Part shown: one piece after another, positions 48,157 to 56,985 of the stretch
How the letters are laid out: every line of letters begins with the position of its first letter
Numbering within the stretch: position 1 is the stretch's first letter
DNA from: Candidatus Shapirobacteria bacterium
GTDB lineage: Bacteria > Patescibacteriota > Microgenomatia > UBA12405
Assembly (NCBI GenBank): GCA_041666965.1
Contig: JBAYFX010000002.1
Location: 8,417 to 72,416, forward strand
Reading direction: 5' to 3'
DNA length: 64,000 bases
Program-made: the position numbers and the translations under genes
The notes under the pieces: model-generated
The model's input: only the letters and a program-made list of their open reading frames with translations
What the model was told of the DNA's origin: nothing
Databases searched by the model: none

Positions 48157-49183
48157 TTTTTATAAACGCATCTAATGCCAACACTAATTGGGGTACTTCC
48201 GCCATTAATCGCAATCTTTCAACTAAACTCATTGGTTTTGTGCCTCTATTAGCTACAAATTTCACCGCACTCTCCTCTCGTATATCAAATTTCTCTTTTG
48301 TTTTACCTACCTTAAAACACATTTGAAATCCTCCCGGTCTGCCATCCAGCGTGCTCGAAATCATCAGGGTTGTCTCGCCCCCCTCAAACTGCCCCAACCA
48401 TAGTCCTCTTGCCTCACTTTCCGTTACTTTAATAGCCATCCCTCTGCCTCCGTCCTCATCTGGTGGCAAATCCTCCAAATTCACCACTAAATCTTCTAAA
48501 TGTTCACGACCAGACAGTTCCATTCCTCTATTGTCCTGAGCCGAGGTCTTTTCTTCTTCCCGTCCCATTTCAGCCAATAATTCTGGAATCCAAGCCAAAA
48601 TCGCTACTTTTTCTCCCCGACACAATTCCCTCTTTTCACCTGTAGGGGTTGCTAATTCATAGCATTCTCCTTCAACATATTTTAATCCCTCCCCCTCCCC
48701 CCTTTTAATCCCAAGAACCATTCGCTGTTCACTTTCACCCTTATTTACTGTAATTTCAATTCGACTTCTTCTTTTTGTAGTTACGTCCATAAAGGCTCGA
48801 ACCCCAATCTCCCCGGCTTGTAACTCCACCTCAGTTCTTTTTCCGTCTTCTTCTTCTAGAAGCCTTCCAGTCATGGCTTGGGCCAGGTCATTAATCCACT
48901 CCTGTTCAACCCCTCCTCTCCTTATCTCAGGATCAACCTCATCTCGTAGACCCCAAACCACTGTCATAATACGAGTCACTAATTCTCCTTCTATTGGTAC
49001 AGCTCCATTAAGTGCCGCCTCCCGAAACCCACCTCTGAAAAAAGTAGTGCCAGATCCATGTTCTGGTGTGTCTAATAGAAAAAGATTTCGCGTCCCCTTA
49101 CCAATTTCACCCGCCCCCGTCTTCAATCCATCATCATTTTTTAGTGTTCTACCTTTTCCAATATTTCGGAAATACTCAGCCAC
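48128..49183 (-). CDS. Hypothetical protein, first gene of island operon (351 aa)
   Basis: GTG start preceded by AAAGGAAC (an SD-like sequence). E/G/R-rich. Overlaps the next gene by 29 nt. Confidence 0.45.
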   Translation of the reverse strand: MAEYFRNIGKGRTLKNDDGLKTGAGEIGKGTRNLFLLDTPEHGSGTTFFRGGFREAALNGAVPIEGELVTRIMTVVWGLRDEVDPEIRRGGVEQEWINDLAQAMTGRLLEEEDGKRTEVELQAGEIGVRAFMDVTTKRRSRIEITVNKGESEQRMVLGIKRGEGEGLKYVEGECYELATPTGEKRELCRGEKVAILAWIPELLAEMGREEEKTSAQDNRGMELSGREHLEDLVVNLEDLPPDEDGGRGMAIKVTESEARGLWLGQFEGGETTLMISSTLDGRPGGFQMCFKVGKTKEKFDIREESAVKFVANRGTKPMSLVERLRLMAEVPQLVLALDAFIKNGGEKNGQG

Positions 49184-49385
49184 TCCGGTTCCTTTGCTTT
49201 AAACCCAATAAATTATTACGTTCCATAATCCGGTTGAATATAAGCACTAATTTTTTGCCCGTGTAATCTATCCCTGTTTGGTCCACAAACTCCGCTAACA
49301 TTCAAGGATTGTGAAAGTGTTCCCTGGTAAACAATTATTCCCATCTCAACTCCGGTAGTTTCTCTTCCCTTTTTTAAACAGATAT

Positions 49386-50000
49386 TTGACATTGTTTTGT
49401 TTTAAAATCCGGGTTCTTGTGTTGTGTGTTGCTTGTGTTTGTTTTGTTTTTTGTTGGCTTGGTTTGTGCCCTTGGCCGCTTTTCCCGCCTGTCGGCGGGA
49501 CGGCATCTCGGGCATCGCCGCTTCTTTGTGTGCGCCCAAGCCACCGTCCCGCCTGCTTTTACGTCGTCGTTACCTCCTCAGGTAGACCTTGCTTGGCACG
49601 GCATTCTGGACATAACTTCCGTCCATAGACCCTGCGTCCGCATCCACCTTGGCACCAGCACCCGTTTTTGCAACGAGTAGAGTCTGACGCCCTTCGACGA
49701 CGCTTTTCCTCAGCCGGCTGTTTGTTGGGAGACATGGTGTCGCCCTCCTTTGAGCGACCCTATACGAGGGGGGTTGGGGAAAGACATTTGTGGCGATTCG
49801 GGAAACCCGAATCGGGGGGCGCAACAGCGCCGAAATCCAACTCGCAAAACTTCAGCGAATGGAACCCAAACGACTCCGGCTCTACCGGAACCCTTTGGGG
49901 TCCATCCACTAACAATCTATTCTTTTCTTCTAGCGCTCTAGCGTACTCTCGTACCAGCGAACTAACGTACTATTTTTACAAGAACCCGGATTGTTAATGA
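49386..50000. other. GC-rich (~57%) structured noncoding element, candidate large ncRNA or cis-regulatory/recombination structure
   Basis: No coherent ORF; only mutually overlapping short frames on both strands. GT-rich 5' part. Nested inverted repeats GGCGGGACGG(49497)/CCGTCCCGCC(49544) and ACGTCGTCG(49559)/CGACGACGC(49693). Hairpin CGATTCGG-GAAA-CCGAATCG at 49794-49814, followed by GGCGC-AACA-GCGCC. Confidence 0.5.
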
Positions 50001-50158
50001 ACCTTCCAGGGCTCCCTCCCAAGCGTTATGGGACTTCACCTTAAAATTACCCCATAATATAAACTCAATTTAATAAATTTGCAAGCACCAAAAGCCCATT
50101 TTTCAGACGTAAAAGAAGTTTGTAACAATTTAGTAAGAAATACTACTTAATATATCTT

Positions 50159-50374
50159 TTATCCTATATTTCCATTCCTCTTATTATTTGTCTTTCTGTG
50201 CTTTACCTCTTCCCAATGTTTTAACGACTGTAAATCAGCACCGTCCACACTATATATTCCCAAATTCATCCGACAGCGCCAGCAAAGAGCCCACTCTTCA
50301 CCGTTTGCCAATTTTGCCACCACCTTAAGCGGTTTGTAATGTCTACACCCAGGACAAAATTCTAAAACCGCCAT
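50159..50374 (-). CDS. Zn-ribbon small protein (71 aa)
   Basis: CPGC...CWRC four-Cys arrangement with a basic tail. Confidence 0.4.
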   Translation of the reverse strand: MAVLEFCPGCRHYKPLKVVAKLANGEEWALCWRCRMNLGIYSVDGADLQSLKHWEEVKHRKTNNKRNGNIG

Positions 50375-50392
50375 AATTAATCATACTCTCCC

Positions 50393-50860
50393 CTACCCCT
50401 CAATCGTCCACAACCTTACTGTATTCCTACGGACTAAGTCACTAATTCCAAAACTCTCATCCGGGTCAACCTCTTTCCATTGCCGGGGTAAAAACACTCC
50501 AAAAGGCTGGGGCCACAAATATGCCCCCACCCAAAAAATAACCGGATCCTCCCGAGCGATTATATTTATTTCTGTCATTGACCAGGTTTTACTCATTAGA
50601 GCAATCTGTCTCAATTGAGGCCATATTCCCCCATCCACTCGATACTTATAACTTCCAGTTAAACTATATTTAAAACTCGGTTCTGCTACTTTTTGAACTG
50701 AAATCAAACTGGGACGGACTATTGGCACTTCCGTTATATTAATCCTCAATACCTGCCAAGGATAAACCTGCAGCACATCTCTTTTTTCCAACATCGGCGA
50801 ATATAACTCAAATAAATAAACTTTTAGTAAATAAATCAACCGACTTTGCTCTATACTCAT
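50393..50860 (-). CDS. Hypothetical protein (155 aa)
   Basis: ORF with no motif. The GGGGTAGGGGAGAGT motif lies at its 3' flank. Confidence 0.35.
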   Translation of the reverse strand: MSIEQSRLIYLLKVYLFELYSPMLEKRDVLQVYPWQVLRINITEVPIVRPSLISVQKVAEPSFKYSLTGSYKYRVDGGIWPQLRQIALMSKTWSMTEINIIAREDPVIFWVGAYLWPQPFGVFLPRQWKEVDPDESFGISDLVRRNTVRLWTIEG

Positions 50861-50862
50861 TT

Positions 50863-53007
50863 ATGTCCGACATGGGCTTAACTTTTCTTGAAGTACGTTT
50901 GCCTCAAACCAATGAGTTTCCCCTGGAAGCCATGAGTTCTCTTCTGTCTAATTTTAGCGGGGCTGTCTCCCGTGGGTTTGTTGACCGAATTTTTGGCCGT
51001 TTTCCCGTCATTTCTTCTTTGGAAGTTGTCTTAAGTGGTAACCTTATTCGCTTCTTTCTCGTCACCCCCACCAGCCGCTCGGAATTTATCAAAAACCAAA
51101 TTTTGGCCCAGTACCCCAGTGCCCTCCTTCGAGAGTCTACAGATGATTACCTGCCTCAAGTTTTTGCCCCCTCCCAACTTGTTTTATCCCGCTCCTACGA
51201 CTATCCGCTCAAAACCAGTAAGGATTTTAGAGACATTGATCCTTTTTCCTCCATTCTCTCTCCTCTGGCTCGCTCTACTTCTGCCACCGATTTCTTTCTT
51301 TATCAAATACTTCTCTCCCCCGCCCCAGACAATTGGCAATCATCTATTACCTCCATCATTCAAAACGGAATTTTGGTTGATTCCGCCAAGAACTTCCGCC
51401 AGTCCCACCCCGACAAAGCCGTCTTTGAGCAAAAAATCCAGTTCCCCGGTTTAACTGCACAAATCAACATAGCTTCCACTTCCCCGGGCCTTCTTTCAGC
51501 TTTCAGCTCCAGCTTCGGGGTTTATACCAATCCCCGGGGAAACATCATTAAATCCTCTTCTCCTGGTCCTTTTAGCCGCTCTAAACTCACCAAATCCATC
51601 ACTACCCGCCGCCTTTTAGGCCGCCGATTAATCCTCAACACCGAAGAATTAGCCGTCCTCTGGCATTTACCTAACAAATACACCAAAATCCCCAACATTG
51701 CCTGGGGCCAAAATTTGTATGCCGACCCTCCGGAAAACCTACCGGTCTCCGATGGCGCCACCGACGAGCAAAAACAAAACATCAACTTTTTTGCCCGTAC
51801 CGACTTCAAAAACCGTAGTGCCATTTTTGGCATCAAAGAAGGCGAGGACCGCCGCCGTCACACCTATATTATTGGTAAGTCCGGTACTGGTAAAACTACC
51901 CTCATTTCCAATATGGCCATCGATGACATTCGTAAAGGCCGGGGAGTTGCCATCATCGACCCTCACGGCGATCTTTGCCAAACCATTCTCGATTATATTC
52001 CTGCCCACCGCGCCAACGACTGCTGTTATTTCAATCCGGCCGACCCCGATTACGCTTACCCTCTAAATGTTTTAGAAGCTCAAAACGATTCTCAGCGGGA
52101 GCTGGTAGCCTCTGGGGTCATTTCCATTTTCAAAAAACTCTACGGTAACATTTCCTGGGGTCCCCGCCTCGAACATATCCTGCGCAACGCCGTCTTAACT
52201 CTTGTTAATGTTCCAGGCTCAGACTTGTCCCACATTGTCGAAATTTTAACTAATAAAACCTTCCGGCAAAAGATCGTTCCTCAGTTAACCAACCAAACTC
52301 TTAAAAACTTCTGGATCAACGAGTTTGACCAAATGGACCCAAAGTTCCAAAACGAAGCCATTGCTCCAATTTTAAATAAGGTTGGCCAGTTCATATCAAG
52401 CAGTAACATCCGTAACACCGTCGCCCACCCCGTCTCCAAGGTTCGGATTCAAGACATCATGGACCAAAAAAAGATTCTTATTGCCGACCTGTCTACCGGT
52501 AAGCTAGGCGAGGACAACTCAGCCTTACTCGGCGCCATGTTAATCACCCAAATCCAACTTTCGGCCATGAACCGGGTATTTCAGGCCCAAGAGGAGCGCT
52601 CCGACTTTTATTTATATGTTGATGAATTCCAAAATTTCGCCACCGAAGCTTTCATCAAAATTCTGTCCGAAGCCCGCAAGTTCCGCCTTAACCTAATTAT
52701 CGCCAACCAGTACATGAGTCAGCTTGAGCGTCCCATTCAGGACGCGATTTTTGGCAACGTCGGCTCCCTAATTGCCTTTGTGGTGGGTAATCAGGATGCT
52801 TTCATCTTAAGTAAAGAATTCGGCCCCAATTTTCCCCCCGAAGATTTGGTCAAAATCGGTAAATACCAAATCATTTCCAAACTCAGCATCGATTCAGCTA
52901 CCACCGAACCCTTCTATGCTCACACTTTAGCTCCACCCGACTGTAAAAACCAAGGCCGCGACAAACTCATCCGCAATTCCCAGGAACGCTGGGGTAAACG
53001 TAAATAA
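50863..53007 (+). CDS. TraD/VirD4/TrwB-like P-loop ATPase (type IV coupling-protein-like), apparently cytoplasmic
   Basis: Walker A IIGKSGTGKTTLISN, IIDPHGDL, Walker B-like YLYVDEFQNF, and ARKFRLNLIIANQYMSQL resembling the TraD/TrwB ARKYG...QS.SQL block. No N-terminal TM segments. Confidence 0.6.
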   Translation: MSDMGLTFLEVRLPQTNEFPLEAMSSLLSNFSGAVSRGFVDRIFGRFPVISSLEVVLSGNLIRFFLVTPTSRSEFIKNQILAQYPSALLRESTDDYLPQVFAPSQLVLSRSYDYPLKTSKDFRDIDPFSSILSPLARSTSATDFFLYQILLSPAPDNWQSSITSIIQNGILVDSAKNFRQSHPDKAVFEQKIQFPGLTAQINIASTSPGLLSAFSSSFGVYTNPRGNIIKSSSPGPFSRSKLTKSITTRRLLGRRLILNTEELAVLWHLPNKYTKIPNIAWGQNLYADPPENLPVSDGATDEQKQNINFFARTDFKNRSAIFGIKEGEDRRRHTYIIGKSGTGKTTLISNMAIDDIRKGRGVAIIDPHGDLCQTILDYIPAHRANDCCYFNPADPDYAYPLNVLEAQNDSQRELVASGVISIFKKLYGNISWGPRLEHILRNAVLTLVNVPGSDLSHIVEILTNKTFRQKIVPQLTNQTLKNFWINEFDQMDPKFQNEAIAPILNKVGQFISSSNIRNTVAHPVSKVRIQDIMDQKKILIADLSTGKLGEDNSALLGAMLITQIQLSAMNRVFQAQEERSDFYLYVDEFQNFATEAFIKILSEARKFRLNLIIANQYMSQLERPIQDAIFGNVGSLIAFVVGNQDAFILSKEFGPNFPPEDLVKIGKYQIISKLSIDSATTEPFYAHTLAPPDCKNQGRDKLIRNSQERWGKRK

Positions 53008-53412
53008 TTATCCCCTTGACACGTGTTATAAGACATCCTATATTTAATTATTAGTCATTAATATAGGATTATGTCAGAACGATTTACATATACACCCGAA
53101 GCAAGAGAAATTGCTCCCCGTTTCCAACCGGACGTAGATACTTTACCCCTGGAATTAACTCAAGCGATTACCTCGAGAGTAATCAATAAAATGCAACTTA
53201 CCAAACCTTTAAAATTTAATTAAATCAAATGGAAAAATCCCCCATCTTTTTTAAACAATTAAGTTCAGAACAATTAACTCTGGCTAAGTCTTCATTTCGA
53301 ACTACTATAGCCGAATTCGGGTCAATCACTCCCACCCCTACCCTCTCTACCCGCACAGGCAATAAAATCTAACCCCTACCAACTCATAATATTTTTTGTA
53401 TAATAGCCGCAT

Positions 53413-53658
53413 ATGACAAGAATTACCACTACTATAGAGTGTTGCCCGTCCGGTTATAGTGCTCCTAACCCCAATTGTGAAATGACACAAGCTGATGGGA
53501 CTAAATGTGAACATGGTTTTGGTAAAACCGTTGATTGCCCTGTGCGAAGGTTTGTTCCAAAACGAGGAAATTGCTTCGACCCAAACGTTAGTACTGCCCC
53601 CGGTCGACACTCAACTCCTGGTACACGCGTCAGTTCAGTTTCTAATTCCCATATATAA
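53413..53658 (+). CDS. Small Cys-rich hypothetical protein (81 aa)
   Basis: Preceded by TTTTTGTATAAT (an extended -10-like sequence) 8 nt before the ATG. Seven Cys including CC. No homology recognised. Confidence 0.3.
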   Translation: MTRITTTIECCPSGYSAPNPNCEMTQADGTKCEHGFGKTVDCPVRRFVPKRGNCFDPNVSTAPGRHSTPGTRVSSVSNSHI

Positions 53659-53750
53659 AATTAAGTCCTTTAATTACAGGCAAAAAGTTTAGTAGTGAAC
53701 TGTATCAAAGTCCAAGCAACTCAACGAGATACCGAAATGAATCGGTCTCA

Positions 53751-55739
53751 CTAAATCTTTTTCCAACTAGCCCACTTGCAATTTGGATAATTGGAACAAC
53801 CGTAAAACTTTCGTCCGGTTTTAGTTTTCTTAACCACTCCCGGGTTGCCGCACGTCGGGCAATTAAATCCAGCGTCTTCCTTATACGTCGCTTTGTAATC
53901 ACAATCCGGAAACCTACCACAACTTATGAATTTCCCAAACCTACCAACTCTGAGTACCAAATCCCCTTCCTCACACTTGGGACATTTCTGACCCAGACTC
54001 TCGGCTTCAACTTTTACCCTTTCCGCTTCTTTTTCAGCCCTTGCTACGTCTGGCTCAAACTTTTTCCAAAAAGATTCTACTTTACTTTGCCACTTGGCTT
54101 CTCCCCGGGCTACCTGATCCAACCCCTCTTCCATAGTCGCCGTAAATGGTAGCGACATTATCTCATCAAAATTCTTCACTAGAAATTCATTTGTAGCTGT
54201 CCCCAAACTCGTTGGTTTAAATTTCCCCTCGTCCCGCTCCACATATTGTCGGTCCTGAATCGTGCTGATAATTGGAGCGTAAGTACTCGGTCGCCCAATC
54301 CCCTGTTTTTCCAAACTCGATACCAGCGATGCGTCGTTATAACGGGGCGGAGGCAATGTTTTTGTTTCTCCGACAATTAGTTTACCGCTCAATTTATCAG
54401 CTACTTTTAAATGAGGCAAATGAACCTCTTCTGTTTTTTCACCAGTGACTCGCAAAAACCCATCAAATACCACACTTACCCCGGTAGCTTCGAATCCAGC
54501 CTTATTGTTAGTTAGTACAACTTTCATTTGGTTGACCCGAGCGTCTGAGGCTTGAGTGGCCACTGCCCGCTTCCAAATTAGGGCATATAACTTTTCTTCT
54601 TTAGTGTCTGTTTCCCCGGTTAGTTCTCTAAGTTTAGGATTTGTTGGCCGAATAGCTTCATGGGCTTCCTGGGCGTTTTTACTGTGGTTTTTAAATACAC
54701 GAGGTTCCGGACTTAAATACTCCACTCCCAAACTGTCTTTTAAATATTCCCGAATCTCCCCTACTGCCTTTGGCGCTAAATAAAACGAATCTGTCCGGTG
54801 ATATGTAATCAAACCTTTTTCATACAATCTTTGAGCCAGTCTCATTGTCTGTTTTCCGCTCCAGCCAAATCTCCGGGCAGCTGTTTGCTGCATTTTAGAA
54901 GTGGTCAGCGGTGGCAAGGGGTGCCTTTTGGCCTCCTTGCTCTCTACACTCTTAACTTCGTAGTCTTTACTAAGAGCTGCCTCAAATTCCTTTACCTGGG
55001 TTTCATTTATAAATTTAGTTGAAGTATAGCTGTAGTGCCCGTCAAACAATTTAATTCTCCGGCTTATTTCAAAATTTTCTTTCCCAATACGAACCAGTCC
55101 TGCCTCAAATTCATCTTTTCCGGATTTGGCTTCCACTGCTACCTTGAAAAAGTTTTCCGACACAAAGGCTTTAATTTCTTTCTCCCGCTCGGCAATCAAG
55201 CGCACGGCCACACTCTGTACCCGTCCGGCTGATAATCCGCGTCGGACCTTTTTCCACAATACTGGTGATAATTTATAGCCCACCAACCGGTCTAAAACTC
55301 TTCTTCCTTGTTGGGCGTCCACCAAGTCCATATCTATTTCTCTGGCCTCACCCATGGCCGTCTCCACTGCTTCTTTGGTAATTTCATGGAATGTTACCCT
55401 CTTAATTTTATCCTCATCAATTTTATTTTTTCCGGTGGTCATTAAGTACCACACATGCCAGGAAATGGCTTCTCCTTCCCGGTCAGGGTCGGTAGCCAAT
55501 ATCACTTCCTTAGCTCCAACAGCAGATTTTAGTAATTTGGAAACTACATCTTTTTTATCGGCAGATACTACGTATTTAGGCTCAAAATTATTCTCCACGT
55601 CTACCGCCAACTCTTTTTTAGGCAAGTCCCGCAAGTGGCCGACCGTAGCAATTACCTCATAATCCTTTCCCAGGTATTTGCCAATTGTCCGAGCCTTAGT
55701 TGGCGACTCCACTACTAGTAGTTTTTTCATTCTCGTCAT
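53751..55739 (-). CDS. topA: DNA topoisomerase I
   Basis: Toprim N-terminus MKKLLVVESPTKARTIGKYLG, the catalytic Tyr region, and C-terminal C4 zinc ribbons (CPKCEEG...CPTCGNPG). Confidence 0.9.
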   Translation of the reverse strand: MTRMKKLLVVESPTKARTIGKYLGKDYEVIATVGHLRDLPKKELAVDVENNFEPKYVVSADKKDVVSKLLKSAVGAKEVILATDPDREGEAISWHVWYLMTTGKNKIDEDKIKRVTFHEITKEAVETAMGEAREIDMDLVDAQQGRRVLDRLVGYKLSPVLWKKVRRGLSAGRVQSVAVRLIAEREKEIKAFVSENFFKVAVEAKSGKDEFEAGLVRIGKENFEISRRIKLFDGHYSYTSTKFINETQVKEFEAALSKDYEVKSVESKEAKRHPLPPLTTSKMQQTAARRFGWSGKQTMRLAQRLYEKGLITYHRTDSFYLAPKAVGEIREYLKDSLGVEYLSPEPRVFKNHSKNAQEAHEAIRPTNPKLRELTGETDTKEEKLYALIWKRAVATQASDARVNQMKVVLTNNKAGFEATGVSVVFDGFLRVTGEKTEEVHLPHLKVADKLSGKLIVGETKTLPPPRYNDASLVSSLEKQGIGRPSTYAPIISTIQDRQYVERDEGKFKPTSLGTATNEFLVKNFDEIMSLPFTATMEEGLDQVARGEAKWQSKVESFWKKFEPDVARAEKEAERVKVEAESLGQKCPKCEEGDLVLRVGRFGKFISCGRFPDCDYKATYKEDAGFNCPTCGNPGVVKKTKTGRKFYGCSNYPNCKWASWKKI

Positions 55740-55777
55740 TGTCCTCTATCATATCACTCCCCGTCAAGTCACTGCTT

Positions 55778-56065
55778 TTAATCGTTTAATTCCTTTCTCA
55801 TTTCTTTTTCTGATTGTAGACCAGTTACAAGGTCTTCTTTTCCTTTACCTCCCGTCACCCACACGGGCCCATACATTTTATTTAAATCTCTATATGCTCT
55901 CACAAATCCTGTACCTCTTATCATTTCTCCCACCTCTCCGTTTTTTAATGTATACGGACCGAAACCTACTCTCCTGACCAGTTTTATTGATACTACAACA
56001 CGATCAATCAAATCAGTTAAAAGCGTTTCCCGACACAAAACAATATTTTCTTTACGATCAACCAT
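55778..56065 (-). CDS. Hypothetical protein (95 aa)
   Basis: ORF coupled to the upstream small ORF by an ATGGTTGA overlap. Confidence 0.35.
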   Translation of the reverse strand: MVDRKENIVLCRETLLTDLIDRVVVSIKLVRRVGFGPYTLKNGEVGEMIRGTGFVRAYRDLNKMYGPVWVTGGKGKEDLVTGLQSEKEMRKELND

Positions 56066-56243
56066 ATCTGCTATCCGGAGGATTGTTACCTTTTAAGTCT
56101 TCTGGTCTGGCTACCGGCGAACCCGCTCTTATCTCTAATCTAGTCTCATAAACCACAGCTGGTTTGACATATAACTTTCTAACATCAACACTTCCCACTA
56201 ACTGTAAAGATTGAACAGGCTTTGCTTCTATTTTTTCTACCAT
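56058..56243 (-). CDS. Hypothetical protein (61 aa)
   Basis: Short ORF translationally coupled to 55778-56065. Confidence 0.3.
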   Translation of the reverse strand: MVEKIEAKPVQSLQLVGSVDVRKLYVKPAVVYETRLEIRAGSPVARPEDLKGNNPPDSRYG

Positions 56244-56334
56244 AGTTTATTATACATTAAATATGCTGTAAGTTCCACTTAATATAGTTTTAACGAATTT
56301 CTCTACGGCCACCTTATCACTATCCATACACTAC

Positions 56335-56985
56335 CTATATATTAAGTATTTCAAGAACATCGGTGGAATTTGTTACCAACCCGGCTCCGTTTTTAATCAG
56401 CCAGTTGGGAGCGCCCGATAGTTCATCAGTAACTCTTCCTGGTACCGCCATTACTTCTCGCCCCAGTCTCCCTCCCCACGCAGCCGTATTCAGGGTCCCA
56501 CTCCTAACTCGCCCAGAAATTACCACTATTCCTTTACACATACCCGCCACTATCCGGTTTCTTCTCAAAAAACTTTCTCTATTTATTCCATTTCCGTTTT
56601 CATCTTCCGACACAATCGCGCCCCCTCTCTTAATTATTAAATCAAACACCCCTGCGTTGGCTTTTGGTCTGGCAATTTCTACTCCCCCAGGAATTACTGC
56701 CACAGCCTTTCCTCCCGCCTCAATCGTCGCCCGGGCTACCAAGGCGTCTACCCCCAGGGCTAGTCCGGAAACTATTGTCCATCCTGCTTCAACCAAGCCT
56801 TTTACCATTTCCCTAATTACTCTAATTGAATAGTCATCCACCTCCCTGCTTCCGACAATTGCCACCATTTTTTGGCTTCCCAAAACCTCCTTATTACCCC
56901 GAACATATATTTTGTTCGGACAATTATCTATTTCCCTAAGTAATCGTGGGTATTCTGTACTTACTTTATTAAATATTTGTCTCAT
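56335..56985 (-). CDS. dprA: DNA processing protein DprA (Rossmann-fold core only)
   Basis: KMVAIVGSREVDDYSIRV...IVSGLALGVDALVARATIEAGGKAVAVIPGGVE...FLRRNRIVAG matches the DprA/Smf core. Confidence 0.78.
   Translation of the reverse strand: MRQIFNKVSTEYPRLLREIDNCPNKIYVRGNKEVLGSQKMVAIVGSREVDDYSIRVIREMVKGLVEAGWTIVSGLALGVDALVARATIEAGGKAVAVIPGGVEIARPKANAGVFDLIIKRGGAIVSEDENGNGINRESFLRRNRIVAGMCKGIVVISGRVRSGTLNTAAWGGRLGREVMAVPGRVTDELSGAPNWLIKNGAGLVTNSTDVLEILNI

Noticed and set aside
49386-49997. Five mutually overlapping 60-110 aa ORFs on both strands in the GC-rich element
   Set aside because: Overlapping frames on both strands with R/P/C-rich products are the expected result of high GC lacking AT-rich stop codons, not of coding.
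53705-53920. 71-aa minus ORF overlapping the topA 3' end
   Set aside because: It is in an alternative frame of the topA zinc-ribbon region, and topA is unambiguous.
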